Assembly (NCBI RefSeq): GCF_000018465.1
Contig: NC_010085.1
Span: forward strand, 990,001 to 1,022,000
Length of the DNA stretch: 32,000 bases
Reading direction: 5' to 3'
DNA from: Nitrosopumilus maritimus SCM1
GTDB lineage: Archaea > Thermoproteota > Nitrososphaeria > Nitrososphaerales > Nitrosopumilaceae
The position numbers were made by a program, and so were the translations under genes. Shown one piece after another: positions 24,829-32,000 of this stretch (position 1 is its first letter; the number at the start of each line of letters is the position of its first letter). Under the pieces are notes generated by a model, which was not told where the DNA came from, made no database searches, and saw nothing but the letters and a program-made list of their open reading frames with translations.

Positions 24829-25773
24829 TTACAAATTGCCTGCTTTGATATCCTCAAGACATTTTACAACGTCGTCTTTTGATATTGGAATTGGGTTTGG
24901 ATCCAAGTGTCCTTTATCAGTCATTACGACATCAGCAGCTTCAGAAACATCAGCTTTGAGTTCTAATTTATCAAATCCTAGTTTATCCATTGCTTCTTTG
25001 AATCTATCATAGAAGATTGATTTGTTATGTTTGTGAGCAACTGTGGTACAGGATGAAAGGGAGTAACCATGAGGTACACCTTCATTTGAGAACACATAGG
25101 ACAAAGCATGTCCAAGGGTTGTTGAACAATTACCAAATCCCATTCCAGATAACATTGAACCATAAGGATAGTTTTCTGGTTTGTCATTCATAATTGCATC
25201 ATAAAGAATCTCAAATGCTTGTTTACACAGAGTTCTAGTCAAGTCATTACCAAGTTTGCTATCATAGCCTTCGGTAGCTTGAGCACATGCATCACAGACA
25301 GAGTTTTTGATGACTTGTTCAGGAGTACCATCCATGAAATATGAATCGACTACTGCCATGTCAGCTAAGAATCTGTCTTCACGTAACAATTTCTTTTTAC
25401 CATCAAATTTGAGAACACAATAAGTTGTCATTTCAGCTCCAGTTCCAAATGTTGTTGGAATCAAGATTTTTTCAACACCAAAATCTTGTGCAGCGTATTT
25501 TACAACGTCCATAGAACTTCCACCACCTAATCCAATTAGGACTGAAGGTTTCTTTTCTTTGAATTCTGAAATCAAAGTATTGACATCGTCAATTGATGGT
25601 TCAGGTTTTACTTTGTCATACAGCATATAATCCTGAATTCCCATTTTTGCTAACCATTTATCAGAGAGCTCTGGTGGAACAGTTGTAACAACTAGGGCAT
25701 TTTTTGGATATTCTGTTTGACCAAGTGCGTCTTCTCCAAAGTTGATAACTTTTGGAATGCGTACTGTGTGCAT
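24829..25773 (-). CDS. Short iron-containing (group III) alcohol dehydrogenase family protein; candidate malonic semialdehyde reductase.
   Basis: 314 aa. The nucleotide-binding motif is GLGGGSSMDVVKYAA. The metal-site region reads CDACAQATEGY...LGHALSYVFSNEGVPHG. Confidence 0.85.
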   Translation of the reverse strand: MHTVRIPKVINFGEDALGQTEYPKNALVVTTVPPELSDKWLAKMGIQDYMLYDKVKPEPSIDDVNTLISEFKEKKPSVLIGLGGGSSMDVVKYAAQDFGVEKILIPTTFGTGAEMTTYCVLKFDGKKKLLREDRFLADMAVVDSYFMDGTPEQVIKNSVCDACAQATEGYDSKLGNDLTRTLCKQAFEILYDAIMNDKPENYPYGSMLSGMGFGNCSTTLGHALSYVFSNEGVPHGYSLSSCTTVAHKHNKSIFYDRFKEAMDKLGFDKLELKADVSEAADVVMTDKGHLDPNPIPISKDDVVKCLEDIKAGNL

Positions 25774-25813
25774 AGTTCACCAGCGTCATTGATTATTATT
25801 ATATCTTGCATTA

Positions 25814-27103
25814 TTGAGAGAAAGTATGATCATTCAAAATTTCGAAGAGTTGGCAACAAATGACAAGAAAAAAGAATGTTTGGAGATTTTAGAATCAGGT
25901 CTTAGAGCAGCAAATCCTGAAAATATCATCTCAAAGTATGTGACACCTGAAAAAATCAAAATTAATGGCAAAATCATTGACATTACAAAATATTCCAACA
26001 TTTACTCTGTAGCATTTGGTAAAGCAGGGGATTCTATGACAAGAGCACTAAATGCAATAATTCCAGTAAAAAGTGGAATCATAGTAATCCCAAAGGGCTC
26101 AAAATCAATAATCAAAGGAAAGAAATTCCAAATTTTCAATTCTAGGCATCCTGAGCCTGATCAAACTAGCGTAAAAGCAGCAAAAGAGGTGATTAAATTT
26201 GTTCAAAACAAAAAAAGTGATGAATTAATAATTTTCCTGGTTTCTGGAGGAGGTTCATCACTTTTGGCCATGCCAAATGGAATAACATTAGATGACAAAA
26301 TCTTTGTTACAAAATTATTACTAAAGTCAGGGGCATCCATTCAAGAGTTCAACTGTGTACGAAAACATCTATCAAAAATCAAAGGTGGAAAATTAGTTGA
26401 AAATATGAAATGTGATGGCATAAGTTTGATAATGTCAGATGTTGAGGGAGATGACCTATCTTCTATTGCATCTGGTACAACATACATGGATAATACTACA
26501 TTTTCAGATGCATTAGAGATTTTAGAGAAATACAAACTAAAAAGAAAAACACCAATAGAGGTTTTACAGATTTTGGAAAAAGGAGTAGAAGATGAAAAAT
26601 TAGAAACTCCAAAAGAATCAAAGATTGAAAATCAAGTCATAGCAAACAATGAAAACTGTCTTAAAGCAATGGAGATAGAAGCAAAAAAGAAAGGATACAA
26701 AGTAAAAACATTACAAGTCTTTGGAGATATCAAAGAAGCAGTAACGAAAATTCTTGAAAATATTTCAGAAGACCAAAAGATGTGTTTGATTGTTGGAGGA
26801 GAAACAACAGTCAAAGTTTTAGGAAAAGGTATGGGAGGCAGAAATCAAGAATTAGTATTAAGAATTTTAAAGAATACTCAAAAATTCAAAAAATTAGTCA
26901 TTGCATCAATGGGGACTGATGGAATTGATGGAAATTCTGTTTTTGCAGGAGCAATTACTGAAAATCTCAAAGTAGACCTTGACACAATGAAAGAATTTCT
27001 AAAGAATAGTGATTCAGGGAGATTCTTTCAAAAGCAAAAAGGCAGTATAGTTACTGACTTTACACACACAAATCTCATGGATATAGGCGTGATTTTGAGG
27101 TAA
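25814..27103 (+). CDS. Glycerate 2-kinase / hydroxypyruvate reductase-like protein (DUF4147 + MOFRL). ATG at 25826 is the more likely start.
   Basis: 429 aa. Motifs LVSGGGSSLL, RKHLSKIKGG, GGETTV, GGRNQE and GTDGIDG. Confidence 0.85.
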   Translation: MRESMIIQNFEELATNDKKKECLEILESGLRAANPENIISKYVTPEKIKINGKIIDITKYSNIYSVAFGKAGDSMTRALNAIIPVKSGIIVIPKGSKSIIKGKKFQIFNSRHPEPDQTSVKAAKEVIKFVQNKKSDELIIFLVSGGGSSLLAMPNGITLDDKIFVTKLLLKSGASIQEFNCVRKHLSKIKGGKLVENMKCDGISLIMSDVEGDDLSSIASGTTYMDNTTFSDALEILEKYKLKRKTPIEVLQILEKGVEDEKLETPKESKIENQVIANNENCLKAMEIEAKKKGYKVKTLQVFGDIKEAVTKILENISEDQKMCLIVGGETTVKVLGKGMGGRNQELVLRILKNTQKFKKLVIASMGTDGIDGNSVFAGAITENLKVDLDTMKEFLKNSDSGRFFQKQKGSIVTDFTHTNLMDIGVILR

Positions 27104-27165
27104 TTTTCAGGGTTTTGGCAACTGATCTTTTAATATCATAATGACGTATTTTATGCAGAATTACA

Positions 27166-27402
27166 TTGCTTGAAAAACAATTTGATGCAGATGTATTGTA
27201 TAACAGAATAGTTCATTTCTACATGGATAAGAAAGGATACACTAAGGAAAAGGCAAATGAGATTGCACAGTCAGTTGTTCAAAAAGAAGCTCAAAGAAGA
27301 ATTTGCAAAAATGAAAAATGTAAACATTATTCCCATGATCACATAAGAAATGCTGAAACCTGTCTAGTTGCCGAATGTGACTGTCATAAATTTGTCAAGT
27401 AA
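27166..27402 (+). CDS. Hypothetical small Cys/His-rich (probably zinc-binding) protein.
   Basis: 78-aa ORF from TTG, or 59 aa from the internal ATG. C-terminus CKNEKCKHYSHDHIRNAETCLVAECDCHKF. Confidence 0.4.
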   Translation: MLEKQFDADVLYNRIVHFYMDKKGYTKEKANEIAQSVVQKEAQRRICKNEKCKHYSHDHIRNAETCLVAECDCHKFVK

Positions 27403-28378
27403 AATCATCTAAAGAATTTTCAAGTAATGGTTGAGCGCTTATTCCAAGTTTTTTCTTCAAATGTTCTGCAAATTCCTCAACAAACCCATGGATTGTGTAT
27501 ACTTGTTCAGCTCCAGATTGGTTCACCATATCTACAAGTTCATTAAAATCACAATGATCACTCATTGGAATAGAATAATCAGTTCTTCGTCCAAAAGAAA
27601 ATTTTGTAGACTGGGCCCATCCACTAAATCCAATTGTTACTGCACCATACTTTAATTTCATTTCTTGAATGAATTTACTTTTTGCAGACATCATAGGAGC
27701 AACCATAATCCAAGGTTTCTTATCTAGCAATCCATTTTTTTGAGCCTCAGAATGTCCCATTCCATCTTTTAGATCAACACCGAATTTTTGATGAAGAGTA
27801 TTCATTTCTTTAACAGAATCATGAAAGTAAAGAGGGCCCCAATGACCAAATAGCTGAGTAATGGTTTGTGCTTTTCCTAACTGATATCCCATCAAAATTA
27901 CAGGTATGCCTTTACCATACAATTCAGAAATTAGTTCATTGACCTGTTTTTGGATTTCCTCCATTTTTGGAAAGACAAACTCGGGCAAGCCAAATGTACA
28001 TTCAGTGATTAACGTCTTGCATTTTGGAATTTTTGCACCTTGAAGAAATCCACGATTTCGTGTACAGATATCACCAGTGTAGAAAATATCATCAAATAGT
28101 AGCCCTTTGGCTCCAAGGATGTGGCCGCTATCAATTAGTGAAAAATCATCAAGGGATTCAATGTGATTTTCCATTTTGAATCCACGCAGATTAGCAATTT
28201 CATTGGTTTCAATTGAAGACAAAATTGTTCCACCATTTTTTGATGGAAGATGATCAGCATGAGCATGAGATACAAAATTTATTCCTGTGGCATCAGCGTT
28301 TTTTGGATCTAAACAAACGCGTCTATCATTTACCTCACACAGGATACCATTTTTTGTCATCCTGACTTTTCTAGGCAA
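27395..28378 (-). CDS. Short MBL-fold/beta-CASP-type nuclease, resembling the ligase-associated DNA-damage-response exonuclease family.
   Basis: 327 aa. Motifs HxHxDH (VSHAHADHL), SGHILGA, TGDI, ECTFG, then FSGW...RRTDYSIPMSDHCDFNELVDMVNQSGAEQVYTIHG. Confidence 0.75.
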   Translation of the reverse strand: MPRKVRMTKNGILCEVNDRRVCLDPKNADATGINFVSHAHADHLPSKNGGTILSSIETNEIANLRGFKMENHIESLDDFSLIDSGHILGAKGLLFDDIFYTGDICTRNRGFLQGAKIPKCKTLITECTFGLPEFVFPKMEEIQKQVNELISELYGKGIPVILMGYQLGKAQTITQLFGHWGPLYFHDSVKEMNTLHQKFGVDLKDGMGHSEAQKNGLLDKKPWIMVAPMMSAKSKFIQEMKLKYGAVTIGFSGWAQSTKFSFGRRTDYSIPMSDHCDFNELVDMVNQSGAEQVYTIHGFVEEFAEHLKKKLGISAQPLLENSLDDFT

Positions 28379-28436
28379 TGAAATTCATGAAAATAAGATT
28401 TGATATAAATTGCAGGTTTGATCTACTATTTACTAG

Positions 28437-29054
28437 TTGCTAAATCTTGGAATTTTAATCTCAGGTCGCGGGAGCAACATGGAATCCATCCTAAAGTCAA
28501 TTAAGAAAAAAAAGATACCAATCAATCCAGCAGTGGTTATCTCAAACAAACCAGATGCAAAGGGTCTAAAAATTGCACAAAAACTTGGAGTAGACATTGA
28601 AGTTGTTGAAAGCAAAGGATTCAAAGGAAGTAGAGCAGAATATGACAAAAAAATTATTTCGGTTTTAACAAAATATGGAGTTACACCAAGAAATGGACTA
28701 GTATGTTTGGCAGGCTTTATGAGAATCATCAGTCCAGAATTTGTAAAAAAATACAAGAATCGAATTATCAATATTCATCCAGCATTATTGCCATCATTTC
28801 CAGGATTAGACGCACAAAAACAGGCATTAGAATATGGGGCAAAGTTTTCTGGATGCACAGTACATTTTGTTGATGCAGGAATGGATACGGGTCCAGTCAT
28901 AATCCAATCAATAGTCAAAGTAAAAGAAAATGATACTGAAAAATCACTATCAAAAAGAATTCTAAAAGAAGAACACAGAATTTATCCTGAAGCAGTCAAT
29001 CTCTTTGCAAGAAAAAAGATCAAAGTAACAGATCGTAGAACAAAAATAAGTTAA
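28437..29054 (+). CDS. purN: Phosphoribosylglycinamide formyltransferase.
   Basis: 205 aa with a TTG start. Motifs GILISGRGSNMESIL, LAGFMRI, NIHPALLPSFPG and HFVDAGMDTGPVI. Confidence 0.92.
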   Translation: MLNLGILISGRGSNMESILKSIKKKKIPINPAVVISNKPDAKGLKIAQKLGVDIEVVESKGFKGSRAEYDKKIISVLTKYGVTPRNGLVCLAGFMRIISPEFVKKYKNRIINIHPALLPSFPGLDAQKQALEYGAKFSGCTVHFVDAGMDTGPVIIQSIVKVKENDTEKSLSKRILKEEHRIYPEAVNLFARKKIKVTDRRTKIS

Positions 29055-29371
29055 GAATCAGGGCCACCAAAAAAGTACAAAACTTTGAGCTCTTTTGTAT
29101 TTCCATGAAAATAATGCTCAACATCTTTTGCAACAAAAAACAGCTTATCTTTTGAAACCTTGTAATCTTTATCCTTAATTCGTAAAAATCCATCACCAGA
29201 AATCACATAATAGACTTCATCACTATCATGAGGAGTTTGTGTATCTTCTTCTCCAGGTTGAAGAACTAAAACTCCAGCAGCTAAACTATCTCGATTAATA
29301 AAAGTGTGAAAATAATCACTGCTGTTTTTGATTTTTTCTAGATACGTGGTTAAATCAAATTCTAGTTTCAA
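29051..29371 (-). CDS. Cupin-domain protein.
   Basis: 106 aa. GVLVLQPGEEDTQTPHDSDEVYYVISGDGFL...VEHYFHG follows the two-motif cupin pattern. Confidence 0.7.
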   Translation of the reverse strand: MKLEFDLTTYLEKIKNSSDYFHTFINRDSLAAGVLVLQPGEEDTQTPHDSDEVYYVISGDGFLRIKDKDYKVSKDKLFFVAKDVEHYFHGNTKELKVLYFFGGPDS

Positions 29372-29372
29372 T

Positions 29373-29657
29373 TTATTCAGCAGCTACAGTGTATGTTTTT
29401 CTTTGAGGAGGTTCACTCATGTAAGAATGTCCTTGTGGATGAAGTTTTTCATGTTCAGGACTGTTATGCATTTTGATAAAAGTCTCCTTGCTTTCATGTT
29501 CTACAACAATTCTATAACTGCCATCAGCAGATTTTAGAAATTTTCTAGATATGAATCCAGGAAAGTTTGCCAAAACTTTGTTTGATTCTGAAAACCAACT
29601 TTTGAAGTCATCTTCAGCACCATCTTTGAGTTGAACGTCTGCTATCATTACAAACAT
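29373..29657 (-). CDS. ABM (antibiotic biosynthesis monooxygenase)/Dabb-fold protein.
   Basis: 94 aa. FVMIADVQLKDGAEDDFKSWF...GFISRKFLKS..GSYRIVVEHESKETF is a ferredoxin-like ABM layout. Sits 1 nt upstream of the cupin gene. Confidence 0.7.
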   Translation of the reverse strand: MFVMIADVQLKDGAEDDFKSWFSESNKVLANFPGFISRKFLKSADGSYRIVVEHESKETFIKMHNSPEHEKLHPQGHSYMSEPPQRKTYTVAAE

Positions 29658-29749
29658 GATGAAACTAGAAAAAATGACATTAAATTTCTTTTCTAAGATT
29701 TCAACGGCAGAATTCCAAGAATTAAATATCTACAAATCAAAAACATACC

Positions 29750-30613
29750 ATGACAGGAACTAAGATTGATGGCAAGGTAATTTCACAGTCAGTCAAAGAC
29801 AGAGTGAAAAAAGCCGTTGAAGAGTTAAAGAATCAAGGAATCAACCCGTGCCTGGCAACAGTTCTTGTAGGGGACAATCCAGCTTCTGCGACTTATGTAA
29901 GAAATAAACACAGAGCATGTGAAGAGGTAGGAATTACTACCAAGGATCATAAACTTGATGCAAGTACAACACAGGCTCAACTCAATGAAATTATCGAAAA
30001 TTTGAACAATGATAATTCAGTTCATGGAATCCTTGTTCAATTACCACTTCCAGAACAGCTAGATGAATTTACTACAACATCAAGGATTTCACCACTAAAA
30101 GATGTGGATGGTCTAACACCTCACAATGCAGGATTATTAGCAATGAAGAAAGCAGCACTTGTTGCATGTACACCATCAGGAGTAATGGAGATGTTTGATT
30201 ATCATGGAATAGAATTAGAAGGAAAAAATATTGTATTGATTAACAGGAGTAATCTTGTTGGAAAACCACTATATCATTTATTGTTAGACAAGAATGCAAC
30301 TGTAATTACATGTCATTCTAGAACAAAGAATTTGGTAGAACTGTGTCAATCAGCAGATATCATAATTACAGCAGTGGGAGATAGAAACAAGTTCACATTA
30401 ACTTCAGACATGATAAAAGAAGGAGCAATTGTTATTGATGTTGCAATATCAAGATTCCAAGAAAAATTAGTAGGGGATGCAGACTATGAAGACATTATTC
30501 AAAAAGCATCTTTTGCAACACCAGTTCCAGGAGGAGTTGGTCCAATGACAGTTGCAATGCTTTTGAAAAATACAATAACTGCAGCATCATTGAGTAGTCA
30601 AATTGGAAAATAA
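29750..30613 (+). CDS. folD: Bifunctional 5,10-methylene-THF dehydrogenase / 5,10-methenyl-THF cyclohydrolase.
   Basis: 287 aa. Motifs LATVLVGDNPASATYVRNK, GILVQLPLP and PVPGGVGPMTVAMLL. Confidence 0.95.
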   Translation: MTGTKIDGKVISQSVKDRVKKAVEELKNQGINPCLATVLVGDNPASATYVRNKHRACEEVGITTKDHKLDASTTQAQLNEIIENLNNDNSVHGILVQLPLPEQLDEFTTTSRISPLKDVDGLTPHNAGLLAMKKAALVACTPSGVMEMFDYHGIELEGKNIVLINRSNLVGKPLYHLLLDKNATVITCHSRTKNLVELCQSADIIITAVGDRNKFTLTSDMIKEGAIVIDVAISRFQEKLVGDADYEDIIQKASFATPVPGGVGPMTVAMLLKNTITAASLSSQIGK

Positions 30614-31166
30614 TTCTGAAAAAAAATCACTGCGAAATCTTCTTTTAGAAAAAAGAGATGGTACATCATTTGATTTGATGAAGATTGCCAGTGAAAAAAT
30701 TAGTAAAAAATTAAAAAAAATTAAAACTTTCAGAGATGCTCAAAAGATTGGCGCATACTATCCAATTGGAAGTGAAGTACCAACTCAAGACATTATTCAA
30801 GAATTGCTCAGTGATGGAAAAGAGGTATTCTTGCCAAGAGTGTCAGGAGAAAACATGGATTTTAAGAAAATTAGTGATTTTTCGAGCCTAGAAAGTGGAA
30901 GTTTTGAGATAATGGAGCCAAAGATAGATTGTGAGACTGAAAATAACTTGGATGTAATTCTAGTACCTACTGTAGGCATTACCCCAAAAGGAATCAGATT
31001 AGGATACGGACATGGATTCTATGACAGATTTTTGTCAAATCACAAAATATCAACAATTTCTCTAACACTTGAAAAACAAGTTGTAAAAAATATCCCAAAA
31101 TCTGATCATGACATACTAATTGATTGGGTTGTCACTGAAGACAGAATTATAGATACTCATAGATAA
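30603..31166 (+). CDS. 5-formyltetrahydrofolate cyclo-ligase.
   Basis: 187 aa. The TTG start overlaps folD by 11 nt. N-terminal KKSLRNLLLEKR and LVPTVGITPKGIRLGYGHGFYDRFL. Confidence 0.85.
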   Translation: MENNSEKKSLRNLLLEKRDGTSFDLMKIASEKISKKLKKIKTFRDAQKIGAYYPIGSEVPTQDIIQELLSDGKEVFLPRVSGENMDFKKISDFSSLESGSFEIMEPKIDCETENNLDVILVPTVGITPKGIRLGYGHGFYDRFLSNHKISTISLTLEKQVVKNIPKSDHDILIDWVVTEDRIIDTHR

Positions 31167-32000
31167 GACAATCCTTTTTTGCCAATATCTTTTCTGCAGA
31201 ACTTGTGAGGCCAAGAAATCTTTTCAGATGCAGTATATGCATTAGCAATTGCAGATTCCAAAGTGTCACCTAAGGCAGTCACTCCCAAAACACGTCCTCC
31301 ATTTGAGAGAATTTTCCCATCAGTCTGTTTTGTTCCTGCATGAAAGACATGTGCATTATCAGAAATAGAATCAAAACCAACAATCTCTTCATTCTTTGGA
31401 TAAGATTCAGGATATCCTTCTGAAGCTAAAACAACACATACAGAGTATTGGTCCTTCCAAGAGATTTCAGGCATTGAGGATAATTTGCCATCAGCACTTG
31501 CAACAAAATAATCATACAAATCAAAATCCATTCTCATGGTAATGGGTTGACATTCAGGATCACCCATTCTAACATTGTATTCTAAAACATATGGTTCGTT
31601 GTCTTTGATCATTATTCCAGCATAAAGAAATCCTTTGAATGTAATTCCCTCATTTTTCATAGACTGGATTGTTTTATCAATAATTTTTTCTTGAATTTTT
31701 TTGGCCAAATCTTCATCAATTATTGGGGTAGGAGAGTAAGCACCCATACCACCTGTGTTTGGACCTTTATCATCATCAAAAATTCGTTTATGGTCTTGGC
31801 TAGAAGCCATAGGGATAGCAACATTACCATCAGAAAGAGCAATGTATGAGGCCTCAATGCCATCAATTCTCTCCTCTACGATTATTCGATTTCCAGCATC
31901 ACCAAATGTCTTTTTTACCAAAATTGTTTGAATTGCAGAAATTGCCTCATCAGAACTATTACAGACAATTACACCCTTGCCAGCAGCCAAGCCGTCTGCT
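31157..32000 (-). CDS. purD: Phosphoribosylamine-glycine ligase. The 5' end lies beyond the window.
   Basis: The minus-strand frame stays open to position 32000 and reads ...ADGLAAGKGVIVC... Further motifs EYNVRMGDPE and SNGGRVLGVTALG. Confidence 0.95.
   Translation of the reverse strand, partial: ADGLAAGKGVIVCNSSDEAISAIQTILVKKTFGDAGNRIIVEERIDGIEASYIALSDGNVAIPMASSQDHKRIFDDDKGPNTGGMGAYSPTPIIDEDLAKKIQEKIIDKTIQSMKNEGITFKGFLYAGIMIKDNEPYVLEYNVRMGDPECQPITMRMDFDLYDYFVASADGKLSSMPEISWKDQYSVCVVLASEGYPESYPKNEEIVGFDSISDNAHVFHAGTKQTDGKILSNGGRVLGVTALGDTLESAIANAYTASEKISWPHKFCRKDIGKKGLSYL

Noticed and set aside
28433-28771. 112-aa minus-strand ORF overlapping purN.
   Set aside because: The opposite strand encodes a textbook PurN with all catalytic motifs. 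The antisense product is hydrophobic low-complexity.
1-32000. Searched by eye for CRISPR arrays, tRNA/rRNA genes, transposases, integrases, long terminal or inverted repeats, and compositional breaks that would mark a mobile element or defence island.
   Set aside because: I found no spaced identical repeats, no GC-rich tRNA-like stretches in the few intergenic gaps, and no recombinase or defence-type motifs in any ORF. Composition looks uniformly AT-rich. The window reads as core chromosome.

Overview
AT-rich, tightly packed (about 90% coding) chromosomal segment. It looks like a marine ammonia-oxidising thaumarchaeon (Nitrosopumilus-like): Cdv/ESCRT cell-division genes, a membrane-anchored blue-copper protein, many leaderless-type TATA-to-ATG spacings, and frequent 4-18 nt overlaps between neighbouring genes. 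The taxon call is inference, not a database match. Most genes are housekeeping: carA (partial), citrate synthase, a uvrB-uvrA-uvrC operon, a glutamate/aspartate-type symporter, RidA, glycerate 2-kinase, an Fe-type alcohol dehydrogenase, an LLM flavin/F420 oxidoreductase, and a purine/folate block (purN, folD, 5-formyl-THF cyclo-ligase, purD partial). I saw no rRNA, tRNA, CRISPR array, transposase, integrase or recognisable defence gene, so this reads as core genome rather than an accessory island. The candidates for new biology are modest and hypothesis-level. (1) A translationally coupled pair, an exported DUF3179 protein with a CPLC motif and a small membrane protein with a vicinal Cys pair in a TM helix, sits divergent to a DoxX gene; it may be an extracytoplasmic thiol/metal relay. 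(2) A three-gene operon ends in cdvC (Vps4) and is preceded by a diverged ESCRT-III-like protein and an orphan coiled-coil protein. (3) A DHH/DHHA1 phosphoesterase carries a histone-H1-like Lys/Thr tail encoded by tandem DNA repeats. (4) A secreted protein has a possible N-terminal His, an HHKHH cluster and two 50-aa C-terminal repeats. (5) UvrC lacks the C-terminal (HhH)2 domain. All functional calls come from reading motifs in the supplied translations; no searches were run.
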